A stretch of DNA of 64,000 nt from a virus. Location of the stretch: the IMG/VR virus record IMGVR_UViG_3300044681_000281, positions 1 through 64,000 of that record. One strand, written 5' to 3'. This document shows, one piece after another, positions 20,981-32,100 of this stretch (position 1 is the first letter of the stretch; each line of letters begins with the position of its first letter). The position numbers were made by a program, and so were the translations under genes. Below the pieces are notes generated by a model, which did not search any database, had not been told where the DNA came from, and saw only the letters and a program-made list of their open reading frames with translations.

Positions 20981-21835
20981 TTAAAATGGTAGATCATCAT
21001 CAACCTCTGAATCTGTTTGTGGGTCTTCTACTTCAACTGTTGGGTTTAACTTAGTTGTAGAACCACCAAAATCATTTTCAGATTCTGAGTTTGACACATA
21101 TTTTTTCGCTTCTGAATCCCAAACAGGTACTTCACCCATTGCGACCATCTCCAAGTACTCTAAAGGTTTAACTGAATAAACTTCTCTCCAAGTATCCTCA
21201 TCGTTGATCCATTCGTTTGCGATTTCAGGATCGGTATGTAAAGGAGACTTATCTTCTTGAATGATAGAGTTAATTGTGGTATACTCTCTACCGTTTGGTG
21301 CTTTGTTAAGAGTCAATGAAAGAATCAAATCACGACCTTCATTCAGATCAGTGATATCACCCTTACTTCTGATGATAGGAATGATTTTATCCAATGGTCC
21401 ATCACCTTTGTAGTTGTGTTTGAATCTCCAAAACTTAGGTCCGTCCGATTCGTTATCTCTATCGATAACTTTTACAATGTAGAACTTACGTGCTCTGTAG
21501 TTTCGTGCCAATACTTTGTCACTTTCTACCCCTGTAGATTCTAAAGATTTACGAACCTCATTTAGTGGAGATCTTTCCCCATCCTGTGCAGGATCGTAAA
21601 TTTTTAACCACTTACCATTCACTTGGATTTCATGGAAATCAACTTCTTTGAAACAAGAAGTCCCGTCGGTAGTTGGGAGGATTCTAATTCTCTTTTGTGC
21701 TGAGGTTGAACCTTTAGGTAAGATAGTTGTGAAGTACTTTTTTAGTCGATCTTCACTCGACATTTTGTTGCCGCTTGCGGCAGGTTGCGTGTTCTTCTGA
21801 TATTGAGAAAGAATCGCATCAATTGAATTTGTCAT
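20981..21835 (-). CDS. ssb: Single-stranded DNA-binding protein, T4 gp32-like
   Basis: RIRILP, FYIVKVIDRD, GPKFWRF, DITDLNEGRDLIL; acidic tail ending DDDLPF; adjacent to recA. Confidence 0.82.
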   Translation of the reverse strand: MTNSIDAILSQYQKNTQPAASGNKMSSEDRLKKYFTTILPKGSTSAQKRIRILPTTDGTSCFKEVDFHEIQVNGKWLKIYDPAQDGERSPLNEVRKSLESTGVESDKVLARNYRARKFYIVKVIDRDNESDGPKFWRFKHNYKGDGPLDKIIPIIRSKGDITDLNEGRDLILSLTLNKAPNGREYTTINSIIQEDKSPLHTDPEIANEWINDEDTWREVYSVKPLEYLEMVAMGEVPVWDSEAKKYVSNSESENDFGGSTTKLNPTVEVEDPQTDSEVDDDLPF

Positions 21836-21873
21836 GATATATAAATTATTTAATTGTGTATATAAATGGTACG

Positions 21874-21907
21874 AAAAAAAAGTCTAAAGGTCAAGGCCCT
21901 TAGACTT
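21874..21907 (-). terminator. Intrinsic terminator overlapping a possible ssb promoter
   Basis: Minus strand reads AAGTCTAAGGG-CCTTGA-CCTTTAGACTT plus a T tract. The TTG in the loop lies 20 nt upstream of TACCATTT, a weak match to the Bacteroidota -7 box. Confidence 0.75.
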
Positions 21908-21933
21908 CTTTAAGTAAAATATTTTGGGGGAAC

Positions 21934-22299
21934 TTACCTAAGTGTAAGTAAATAAGAGAGTTTGTTGATGGTTGCCAACATTTCATCCCTTATGTTTAGT
22001 AAGTCGCTGTCCGTTGGGCTGATCTCCATTCCCTGTAATGTTTGTCTCACAGTTTTGATCATACCTAATAAATCGACATCCGAAAGATTGTTAATCGTAA
22101 GTGTCTTATCCTCATCTTCGAGAATAAACCTACCGTGTAGACCCATACATGTTTCAACATAGGAATCTATGAGTCCATCCAATGATTCGTAAGCATCACC
22201 AATCGCCACGTGTTTTGCATGACTCTTGGTTTGCCAGTGTAATATCCTTAATTGTGATTGTAGTTCTAAAAAGAACTTTACATTACCATTCAACTTCAT
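21934..22299 (-). CDS. Ferritin/Dps-like four-helix protein (DUF5856-like)
   Basis: LRILHWQTKSHAKHVAIGDAYESLDGLIDSYVE...G and NIRDEMLATINKLSYLL resemble the Dps HW...H...D...E pattern. Confidence 0.75.
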   Translation of the reverse strand: MKLNGNVKFFLELQSQLRILHWQTKSHAKHVAIGDAYESLDGLIDSYVETCMGLHGRFILEDEDKTLTINNLSDVDLLGMIKTVRQTLQGMEISPTDSDLLNIRDEMLATINKLSYLLTLR

Positions 22300-22972
22300 T
22301 TTCTGCCTCAGGGTCTATCGTAAACGAACCTCTCATTTCTTTATCGTTATAATCCTCAACATCCTGTTTTGTGATTACATACTCGTTTTTACCACTCGCC
22401 TTCATGTCGAGTTGTTTCTGAGAAAAGAATTCAGATGGTTTTTGATTAAATGGATAAGAATCCAAAGACCTCATCTCTAATTTTTCTTGTGGAGTCGGTT
22501 CTTTCATCGTTTCAATCTTTTGACCTAACATATCGATCTTACCAATGACGTTGTCCATTTGTGAGATCTTAGACTCTAAATCATCTAATTTGGAAAATAG
22601 GTCACCCATTTTACCAACTATCTCGTCGTTCTCCCCTTGTTTATCATCTAACTGATTTTTGATGTTTTGAGTCATAGTCACCAAATCAGTAATGTCAATT
22701 TCTTCAACATCACCACCTGCGTCTGCCGGTGCGTCTCCTTCAGGTGCATCTCCTTCAGGTGCCGGTGCGTCCCCTACAGGTGCATCTCCTTCAGGTGCTG
22801 GTGCATCTCCTTCAGGTGCGTCCATGGGAACATCTTGGAATGGGTCTTCTTCTCCACCCCCACCAGGTAATGCGTCGGGTGCAACTTCTTGCTCCATAAT
22901 AAATGACTTACCGTAGTTATTAATACTACGATGTCTCATTAACTCTTCGTGTAACTTATCCTCTAATTTCAT
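22283..22972 (-). CDS. Acidic low-complexity and coiled-coil protein, candidate internal head/scaffold protein
   Basis: 229 aa, with (E)GDAP(AP) repeats, a heptad region and N-terminal LHEELMRHRSINNY. Confidence 0.55.
   Translation of the reverse strand: MKLEDKLHEELMRHRSINNYGKSFIMEQEVAPDALPGGGGEEDPFQDVPMDAPEGDAPAPEGDAPVGDAPAPEGDAPEGDAPADAGGDVEEIDITDLVTMTQNIKNQLDDKQGENDEIVGKMGDLFSKLDDLESKISQMDNVIGKIDMLGQKIETMKEPTPQEKLEMRSLDSYPFNQKPSEFFSQKQLDMKASGKNEYVITKQDVEDYNDKEMRGSFTIDPEAENEVEW
22720..22825 (-). repeat. Coding tandem repeat (E)GDAP(AP)
   Basis: DAPEGDAPAPEGDAPVGDAPAPEGDAPEGDAPADA; GGTGCATCTCCTTCAGGT recurs on the + strand. Confidence 0.8.
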
Positions 22973-22974
22973 GG

Positions 22975-23178
22975 TTAATCACTTAATAATTGTCTACCGT
23001 CCTCGGTAATGTATTTTTTATTAATTCTTTCAACAAGACCGTCTTTACTACGAATTACGTAGCATTCTCCTGTATTCAAATCACAAACCTCTTGTTCAGT
23101 ACCCTCCTCATTAAGGTTGGTAATTTTCTTTCCTCCTAAGAAGTTATCAATTGCGGAACCTACTTTAATATTATTCAT
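22975..23178 (-). CDS. Small hypothetical protein
   Basis: 67 aa, preceded by TATTTAT; contains CDLNTGEC. Confidence 0.65.
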   Translation of the reverse strand: MNNIKVGSAIDNFLGGKKITNLNEEGTEQEVCDLNTGECYVIRSKDGLVERINKKYITEDGRQLLSD

Positions 23179-23216
23179 ATTCTTCCTTTTTATAATAAAT
23201 ATCTCTTTTTACTTAA

Positions 23217-26200
23217 TTATTCAATTTTAAAGTATACAACGTCACCATCTTTTAATCCTAAGTCTTTCATTAGTAGTTTTGATAGTGTTAAACCGTATAC
23301 CGATGTTTGTCCGTCTTTGTTGATGCTTCGTTCTCCCGAGTCCACCGGCCCATTAACATATCTTGTGCCATTGTCACTATTTAATTGCGAATCTGCGGTT
23401 ACTGTTTTGGACTTATTATTTAATGGGTTTAGAAACTGTGTGTTTGATGAGAACATTAACTCGTCCACAGTATTCGTACCCCATTTATCGACAAGGAATA
23501 GACAAGAATAGAAATACTTATTGCTATTTTTTATTTCTGACCATTCTAATTTAGACGGTTTAACTGTGTGGTTTTTAACTTTAGTGGGTAGGAACATTGA
23601 CATAGTATCTGTCATTCCCTCACCCATAGTAAAAACTCTAGACCTCAACCAAACATTACCCTTATACTTAACCTTTTGGATTGATTTGAAATTGTTATAT
23701 CCATTAAATGGTACCCCAACTCTTGTATATCCAACCTCATTCACCAATTCTTCACCCTCAATTTTAATTCCACCCCTATCTGTTGTGAAAGTACCTTCTG
23801 ATGTGGTGATAGTTTCTTCAGTAGACACCGAAGATGCCGAACTAATCTTAGCAACTGCCGAATTAAGTATTTTATCAAATAATACTCGGTAAGACGCGGT
23901 AAATGACTCTTTAGGGTCAGGTAACGAATCTTTAGGTATCCTAACACCTTTAAATCTTGTACTTACACTATTACCTTCTACTCTGTGTGATACTTCCGTA
24001 ATCCAATACGCACCTTTAAATAATGGAACGTTTTTGAGTTGGAAATACATTGTGGGTTGAATCATGACATTACCCATTGCTTCGACCTCACATGAGTAAG
24101 ATCTAGTTTCATAGATGTCATATAAACTAATATCAATTTGTCCCGTACCTGAACCCGATTCTGATCTACCTAACCTCTCAATCGCCAAATTACTCTCAAA
24201 GGTATTTCTGAATTGAGATTGGTCTAAGGAAACTGATTTGAATAGTCCTTGGTTTTGATCTCCAAATGCAACCTCGAAAGCAACAACTTTATTTGATTTA
24301 GATAATTCTGACGATTCAAAATACTTTGGGTTAGTAACAAGAAGAGGGTTAGACTGTGGGTCTTCAATATTAAATCCATCATCTAAATAGAAATACTCTT
24401 TATTAATGGAGTTTAGATCTAAATGCTTAGATGTTCTACCAACATATTGTAAGATAATTTTTGGTGTGGAGTATTCTAAGTCAACCTCTAAGTATTTTCC
24501 AAACATCACATTAGCAATGTCTTTGGAAGGTTTCACTCTGGTCTTATTATTATTGTTCGCATAGAAATTAACATATGCAGGTAATGCCCTAATATCTACA
24601 TTAGTACGAGCTAAAACCATGGATATGGCACCATATAATTCAAGTCCTTGATTCTCGGGTGCTTCCAATCCAATCAATTTTTTAAGATCGATAAAGAAAT
24701 CATTACCTATGTCTTTATTTGCCTTATCCAAGAACAGGAATTCCTCCATTAGTAATTTTTGACCTAATGAATTTCCCGCCACCCACTGATCATTAAATTG
24801 CTTAAACGTATTGTATAACTGTAACTTTAATGGGGTGTCACCATAATTACCGATAATCGATTGGTTATTATTCTCATCTTGATCTCTCTTAAGACCACTT
24901 AAACTACTCGTTATTTCTCTGAGTAGAAAATCATGTCTTGCTCGATGGGGGGTAATAATGTTAGTAAGCAGGTACTGTTGGAAGGAATCCCTATCGGCAG
25001 TTCCACCATTCTTTCTATACCCACCATAAATTTTAATTATGGATCTAAAATCATAGGCATTATCTTCAGATAACTCAATATCACTTATTTGGAAAAACTC
25101 TCCGTAGTATCCATCTATATCCTCACCAATAAAAAGTTCAATATATTTTGAATTTCCCACAACTTGATTCGGATTAAAACTTCCAAAATCTACCAACCGA
25201 TCTAATTCACGAGCATATGCACTTAAAATATGTGAGTCTAACTCTTTAGGGTTTGATATTGTTAGTTTCAAAAGATTATTTGTACCATATATCTCTTCAG
25301 TAATTTGTTCGTGACTTAGATTTTGTCTATTCGATATGTTTTTAATAACCGTATCTATATTAGTTAGGTCGTCCGAAGTTTCTTTCTTTACTGACGATAA
25401 CGCCCTAAGTAGATCTTGGAATTTATCGTAGGTCACTCCCTCGAATTGTTTATACTCACTGTAGGTCTCAACCTTTTCACTAGCGAAGTTTAAGAATGCA
25501 GTCTCAAAGGAGTCTAATATATCAGGACTAAATGTTCCGATTAAATCGATAACTTTTTTATTGTTGGTCCCCATATCAACGAAGTGTTCTCCGTATTGGG
25601 GTATGGTTTGTCCTGTTAGTGTGTATTCATTAATCTTGAAATTTTTAGAATTTCTAGACCAATTAGTTTTAAAATTAAAAAGAGAGGTATCCGTAAAATC
25701 TGATAGGTAATTAAACCTTAACATTCTATCATGTGACGGGAGGATAGTATACCTCTGGTCATTACTATCCCATCGACTATTATCGACAAATGAGTTATAG
25801 TATGTTCTATCATTACCTCCCGATGGTTTGAAACCATTTACATAAAGGTATTTGTTTGTAATTGCGGATTCAAATGTCCCACCTGTAGTATCGTTGGGGT
25901 CAAAGAATGTATAATCATTTAGTACCTGATGGTAAATGGAACTATAGTATGGGTATAAACCCACATGTTCATTTGACGCATATGTTATACCACTGTAAGA
26001 AACATTATTACTATTATCGAAAAATGTTTGAACATTTATATTTTGATCCGCACCGTCAATGATATCAACACCATCAATTAAAAACGTTTTGTATCTGTGG
26101 TATATGGATCCCCATTTTAGAATTAAATGATATGGAATATAATGAGACGCACCAACCTCGGTAAAGAGACTACTCATTCTGACCTCTTTACCATCTAACT

Positions 26201-28844
26201 TAATGTAGTGGGTTAGGTCTTTAAAATCCATAGAGTTCAATAGTAGGTAAGAAGAACCTTTGTATTTACCCTCTGCATTTGTATTATGAAAATCTTCGAA
26301 AATTTGTTTGTGGAAGTAAGGTGAATTTAGAATGTGTACATCTTCATCACCCACACCGATATTTCTTTCAAATAAATTTAAAAGGTTACCCCACGCCTTT
26401 GGTTCCACAGGTGAAGATATAAACCCTTCATTGGTGTTAATTTTAAATAAACCTCTTATATCGATTTCGTCCTTTGTAAACGACTCTTTAGCGATGTAAC
26501 CCAAATAGGTATCAGAAGTGTACGGGTAAATTTTAGTTCTGTACTCTTCATTTGTATAATTAAGAAGTTCCTCCTGTAATTTAGGGTACTCTTCATTTCT
26601 ATCGGGATTAACCGTAGATCCACCCTTATATGATTCTAATTTAAATGATGTACCTCTAAGGTCTTTTAAATAAGATGTGGTTGGTAGTTTATCCTGATAA
26701 TAAGGATACCTTTCGTAGGGTGAGAATGATCTCATTAAATCTCGTAAGGTATCATTACTATTAACCTGTGCCTTTAGAATATCAACAATGTAATAATCTT
26801 CTTTAACTAACTCTTGTAAAGTATCAAACTCTAACTTACCTAATTCACCTAACGTTCCCTCTGTGAATGTGTCGTATAGAGACACGACCTGTGTTCTCTC
26901 GTATATCTCGTACATAATAGACGCAAGGTTCTTATCCATGTACGGTATTGTACCATGAATCACTTTAGTCGTCGAAATAGGTTTTAGACTTTTCTGATCA
27001 ACATCGTTAGAATCGAACACAAAGACCGTTGAATTAAATGTCTTCTCTTTGTTCACGAGATTATCAACCTTCAACGTACTAACGGCATAATAATTCTCGA
27101 CAAAATCAACTTCGGGCCATAAAACCTTATTGTCTGAGTTTAACTTTCCAATTAAATCTTTCTCCCCCGGATACGCCAAAACCTTTGAGTTACCCTCACT
27201 CACCTTTTTAACTTCGGGCCATGGATAGATTGCATTCTTATTTGGTGTCTCACTCTCGAACCCAACTAATATATCCGCCCTTTCCTTACCTACATTGTGT
27301 GCTTGTAAGTGGGTACTCTTCATTAGTTTAATGTACGTATCCGCATTTGCGAGAATGATACCGAACACATTTCTAATTGTTGGTTCAAAACCAATACCCT
27401 TACTCTTATCTACGTAAAACTCATTCATTTTCTTTTCGACAGCATCTTGTAATTTCAACTTCTGTTCTAAGAATGCTTTGTTTACGTCTAATATTTGTGT
27501 AAGTAGTTTATTGATAGCAACTACGTACTTCCCACTTGATTTTGTATAATAAGGTTCAACTTTCTTTATTGGATTGGTAATACTAATACGTAAATCATTC
27601 TTAGTTTTACGATCCTGACCAGAATTGTTAACCTTATCAGATGCGGTTTTTAACGCTTTGGTTAACTTTTCATCATACGCCTTTATAATAGATTGTAAAG
27701 AACTTCCCGTATCACCAATGAGGAACTTATCAGTTGATCCATCACCTTTAGTCATATGAAAGTATTGTTCTCCGTTGTTCTCAGGAATTGTGGTATACTC
27801 CGCGGTTAGGTAACGTGTTTTCCATGCTTGGACCGCACCCCTATATTCTGTAAGAACATCTTCAATCGCCTTAACCTGTGCAAAAATTGACATGTCGGCA
27901 ACTTCGGAAAATATCATTCTTTCTAATTCAACATCTAAGGATTTTGCTTTGGTAATCAACTCCCTAAGAGTCGGATTTACGTCGTCAGGGATATCGATTA
28001 AACCCTTTCTTCTATATTCTTGATAAACAGATTTAAGTGTTTGATATCCTCGTGATGATTTAGATAGTTTAACTTTAACCTCTCCCGTGGATTCATTAAC
28101 CTCTCTTTTTTCGGGTTTCTCAATACCGAACATATAGGGAGCATTTAACACGGCGGTTAAGGGTATATGATTTAAAAATGCATATGTTGAACCAACGAAT
28201 TTTGTGGTAATCTCAAAATTACCGTTAGAGGCATTGAAGGTTGAATTGAAACTGACTAAATGTAGTCTGTACTTAATCGCCTTACCATAGTAACCCTTAA
28301 TTGTTAAATAGAATATTGGCCATGGTTGATGGAAGAAGGCATTGTATGGTGAACTTTTATGAGATTCAAATAACACCTTCCCTCTTACATCAACAAAATT
28401 TATTGTAACTGAAGGAATGAAGTTTGTACCTCTGACCTCAACCGCAACACTTGTTATCCCAAATGACTGACCACTAGAATCCTGATTAGGTACATATGTG
28501 TCTTTTATGGGTTTACCTTCTTTATTTAATGCATTACTTGGTTGGTTAGTATAGACATCTGTCCAACTTGTATCTAAGTAATCACTATTTTTATTTTGAA
28601 GGAGGTTAAGGACACCACTGGCTACGGAAGTAAGAGTACCTCCACCATCATTTGAACTATTTAGTACTGATCTCGGCACCAAATCTGCCTCTAAATTCAA
28701 ATAAGTAACAAAGTTCTCTGCGTTAGTCCCTCTCGGTTCGACGATACCGTTATTTACAACACTATTGGGGTCGATATAAATAAGATTATTTTGATCGACC
28801 TTAATAAGAATATTTTCGTTGTTATTTAAATCATTCGTCGCCAT
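23217..28844 (-). CDS. Large baseplate hub protein (gp27/GpD/VgrG-like hub fold with large insertions)
   Basis: 1875 aa. The C-terminal YSCEVEAMGNVMIQPTMYFQL.NVPLFKGAYWITEVSHRV...STRFKGVR is typical of late-control-D/hub proteins. Follows the LysM/gp53 gene. Confidence 0.72.
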   Translation of the reverse strand: MATNDLNNNENILIKVDQNNLIYIDPNSVVNNGIVEPRGTNAENFVTYLNLEADLVPRSVLNSSNDGGGTLTSVASGVLNLLQNKNSDYLDTSWTDVYTNQPSNALNKEGKPIKDTYVPNQDSSGQSFGITSVAVEVRGTNFIPSVTINFVDVRGKVLFESHKSSPYNAFFHQPWPIFYLTIKGYYGKAIKYRLHLVSFNSTFNASNGNFEITTKFVGSTYAFLNHIPLTAVLNAPYMFGIEKPEKREVNESTGEVKVKLSKSSRGYQTLKSVYQEYRRKGLIDIPDDVNPTLRELITKAKSLDVELERMIFSEVADMSIFAQVKAIEDVLTEYRGAVQAWKTRYLTAEYTTIPENNGEQYFHMTKGDGSTDKFLIGDTGSSLQSIIKAYDEKLTKALKTASDKVNNSGQDRKTKNDLRISITNPIKKVEPYYTKSSGKYVVAINKLLTQILDVNKAFLEQKLKLQDAVEKKMNEFYVDKSKGIGFEPTIRNVFGIILANADTYIKLMKSTHLQAHNVGKERADILVGFESETPNKNAIYPWPEVKKVSEGNSKVLAYPGEKDLIGKLNSDNKVLWPEVDFVENYYAVSTLKVDNLVNKEKTFNSTVFVFDSNDVDQKSLKPISTTKVIHGTIPYMDKNLASIMYEIYERTQVVSLYDTFTEGTLGELGKLEFDTLQELVKEDYYIVDILKAQVNSNDTLRDLMRSFSPYERYPYYQDKLPTTSYLKDLRGTSFKLESYKGGSTVNPDRNEEYPKLQEELLNYTNEEYRTKIYPYTSDTYLGYIAKESFTKDEIDIRGLFKINTNEGFISSPVEPKAWGNLLNLFERNIGVGDEDVHILNSPYFHKQIFEDFHNTNAEGKYKGSSYLLLNSMDFKDLTHYIKLDGKEVRMSSLFTEVGASHYIPYHLILKWGSIYHRYKTFLIDGVDIIDGADQNINVQTFFDNSNNVSYSGITYASNEHVGLYPYYSSIYHQVLNDYTFFDPNDTTGGTFESAITNKYLYVNGFKPSGGNDRTYYNSFVDNSRWDSNDQRYTILPSHDRMLRFNYLSDFTDTSLFNFKTNWSRNSKNFKINEYTLTGQTIPQYGEHFVDMGTNNKKVIDLIGTFSPDILDSFETAFLNFASEKVETYSEYKQFEGVTYDKFQDLLRALSSVKKETSDDLTNIDTVIKNISNRQNLSHEQITEEIYGTNNLLKLTISNPKELDSHILSAYARELDRLVDFGSFNPNQVVGNSKYIELFIGEDIDGYYGEFFQISDIELSEDNAYDFRSIIKIYGGYRKNGGTADRDSFQQYLLTNIITPHRARHDFLLREITSSLSGLKRDQDENNNQSIIGNYGDTPLKLQLYNTFKQFNDQWVAGNSLGQKLLMEEFLFLDKANKDIGNDFFIDLKKLIGLEAPENQGLELYGAISMVLARTNVDIRALPAYVNFYANNNNKTRVKPSKDIANVMFGKYLEVDLEYSTPKIILQYVGRTSKHLDLNSINKEYFYLDDGFNIEDPQSNPLLVTNPKYFESSELSKSNKVVAFEVAFGDQNQGLFKSVSLDQSQFRNTFESNLAIERLGRSESGSGTGQIDISLYDIYETRSYSCEVEAMGNVMIQPTMYFQLKNVPLFKGAYWITEVSHRVEGNSVSTRFKGVRIPKDSLPDPKESFTASYRVLFDKILNSAVAKISSASSVSTEETITTSEGTFTTDRGGIKIEGEELVNEVGYTRVGVPFNGYNNFKSIQKVKYKGNVWLRSRVFTMGEGMTDTMSMFLPTKVKNHTVKPSKLEWSEIKNSNKYFYSCLFLVDKWGTNTVDELMFSSNTQFLNPLNNKSKTVTADSQLNSDNGTRYVNGPVDSGERSINKDGQTSVYGLTLSKLLMKDLGLKDGDVVYFKIE

Positions 28845-29157
28845 AATACAAGTTGTACAAATCTACCCCTCTCTTATAGTCTTGTAGGGCACTTATCAAA
28901 GGAAATGGTATTCTTAAAATAAAATTATCAGGTATATCAAATTCGAGACTTCCCGCACTTGGATTCGCTTGTAAAATCAACCAACCAAAAACAGGTGTGT
29001 TATAATATTCCTGTGAAATTTTATCTAACCTATCTCTACCTCTTTTGAACTGTACATACTTGTCTGTCGACTTTATTGGAATCTCAATTCCTGGCACTAT
29101 TTTAAAATCTCCATCCTGTTCAAAGAAGTCATACCTATTGAAATATTCTCTACTCAT
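28831..29157 (-). CDS. Baseplate LysM-like protein (T4 gp53/P2 gpX-like)
   Basis: DRLDKISQEYYNTPVFGWLILQANP...LRIP. Confidence 0.85.
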   Translation of the reverse strand: MSREYFNRYDFFEQDGDFKIVPGIEIPIKSTDKYVQFKRGRDRLDKISQEYYNTPVFGWLILQANPSAGSLEFDIPDNFILRIPFPLISALQDYKRGVDLYNLYYGDE

Positions 29158-32100
29158 GGTTTATAGAAATTTAATGTGGTGCCCAATTCAACTTTAGATG
29201 ATTGAACTTTGCTTAATTCATCCAATTGTGATTGATCTGTTATATCGGCCGTTGATAAAATTGTAAATGGATCCATCTTATCTGTTTTTCTAACGGGGTC
29301 CTTAGATATTCTAATTTCCTTTTCCTTAGTTTCTTCAAAGAAGGAATCTACTTTATCATCAATTTTCTTTTTAATTGTTTCATTAAACAATGTCTTATCC
29401 TCCAAGTAGATGTCTTTAATTGCCTGTTTATTTTCATATAATAATACAGATAAAATATCACTAAGTACAGTTAGATCTACAGATAAAGAATTAAAGTTGA
29501 GGGACGTATCTAATTTCTTTGTGAAATTATCAGAGTTTTTATTTATGTATTTAATACACTCGTCATAATGATCGTATAGAGTTTCAGATGTAAATCCTTC
29601 TAAAGTTGCATCTGTACCCGAACCATCCTTCACTTTACCGTCCGCAAAGTATTTTGTTAAGTAGTTTAACTTATCTAACTCTAAAGTTAAAAGGTTTCTT
29701 TTTGATGAAACTTCTTTTATAGAAGAATCACTTATTAATTCGTCTAATTTGTTTTCCACCAATTCTTGTAACTTAGGTCTGAGTATTTTGTTAGATCTAT
29801 CTATGATGTCTGTGGACATAAATCTATCAAACCTCATCATTGTGGAAACATCCTCACTTAAGATAGATGCCACCAATTTTGCTTTAAGGTCGAAGACAAA
29901 CTTATCGAAACTATTCACCTTACTGAATTCACCAAAGAACAATAAATCCGAGGACCCACCACTTGGTCCTTCCACAGTATATGTCGTTACAGTTCTATAC
30001 TGAGGATCAAAAATCAAAGAATGTACTTGTGGTCCATACTTTTTTAGTGTAGTACCATATGTTGATTGTAATGTTCTAAAATAATTTTTGGTGTTTTCGA
30101 AAACAGAATCAATTATCTTATCATAAGTAAGTTGGGTCTTCTCATCATCCGCAAAATCACCGATGTAAGATTCCGATATGGTGTTACCCGCAACTTCACC
30201 TTCAGGTTCTGACGGTTCTGTTGTTCCTGTTTTTTGTAATTGTTCTAAAAACTCCTTAGTAAACTCTTCTGCGGTTTTACCGTCAATGGTAGACGTGTTT
30301 ATAGATCGTGGATCATACATTTCAGTGTTTGCGAAGAAGTTAGATGATAACGCATTCTGTAATCTCTCCACAGGTTTTGAAAGTCCTTGACCACCAATAA
30401 AGTTTACCTGAAGGGTAACATTAGCAATCATGGGTTGTACCCCGATTCCCTCAGGATTTAAATCCCACACCCCTTCATCGTATGTTATGTTAACGTCCCT
30501 AATAACCACCTTAGAGTGATAAAAATCACCCACCCTAATTACACAAATTGGTGGTGGTCCAAATGAGGTGTTCCTTGCTCTAATATCCAAGTCTGAAGAC
30601 ACCCCTTTAATTGGTATGGTATCACCAGGTCTAACACACTGAAGAAGAAACGTCAACCTTGAATTGAGTCCTTCGGGTGTTGTTGAGTGGAACGCAGGTT
30701 GGAAATATCTTAATTTTTCCTTTAAACTACTGAACTGTACAGGAGACTCCTCCTCCAACACCTTAAAGTAATAACACTCAGAAAGGGTCTTCATGATGAT
30801 ACGTTTCATCTCATCAATAGGTGGTTTCTTTACTGTTGGGGGTTGATATGTTCCGTCAGGATCTAAGAAGTATTTGGTATCCGGTTTTGGTTTTTCTGGT
30901 TGTTTATCTACGGGGGTGTGTTTAAACATCACCGTACTTTGTCTACAGTAAAATGTTGCGGGGGCGGTTCTTTTTATTGCCTTACTTGAGAGGAGTTCTC
31001 CTCCATGACAGTCGACATTTACTTCTCCACCACCTAAGGTGTTTGCATCGATTTTATTATTCTCACCAATACTATCTGTTTTTATAATTAATTCACCCTC
31101 AATACCCTCGTACCCCAATTCTTTGAACGTAATTTTATTATCACGAGCAACACTTGTCGTTCCATCAGAAGGTACAGTGGTCGACCAACCTATATCATTC
31201 CTACCACTTTTTGAAATTTTAGTTACTACGTCTAATAATATACTATGGGTTCTTCTTAGAGATAACTTAACGTTATAGTCATCATCGGCAACTGAAGAGG
31301 TACTAGATACTACATTAACTTCTAATTGTTTAATTTCCCCCGCCTCAATTTTAGTTTTCAATTCTTCAATATGATTTTTATAACCCTCAAAGTTTTGTTT
31401 TAATTTTTCAAAACCTTTTTTGGCTCTTTCCATAACCATATCTTTATCTTCTTGGGTACCGGTAACATCTGTCCTGCCGTAGATAACCTGTTTGTCGTTT
31501 TTCTTTGCTGCGGTTTCCGTACCACTAAACAAAATATTCAACCCATCACTCAAATCTTTCATATAGGTCCCATCACTAGGATTAGTGGTAGAACCCGATG
31601 TATCAATATACGTATTGTACAGATCCTCATATAAGTGTTCGGACTGTACCTTTGGATTTACCTTTGGGTAATCGTTTCTAAAATATAATGTTACCGTTTC
31701 AGTAATAGGTTCTTGATTTATTGGGGATGGGTCGGGTTTATCAATTATCTCAGTCTCGGTTCTTATTTTATATTTTTTAATAACCTCAGGATCTGTACCA
31801 CCCTCTAAATAATCTTTAATTCTATCAATATCCTCTCTTGTCAGTGTTGTATATGTTCTAATTAATGAATAGAAGTCGATTTCTTCACAACCCGCGAAAA
31901 ACGCATTAATGTAATTGTCCGCCTCTTCATCTGACATATTTTTGAATGCCTTTTGTACTAAAAGATTTAATACACTTGGGTGGTCAACAACAACCTTAAA
32001 TGATATTTGACCTGATCTAGATGTATTTTGATATGTGTAGATTGGTTCAGGTCTTCCAATGAAGTTGTTTTCATCCCACCTAGCGTTGTTCTGTTCAGAT

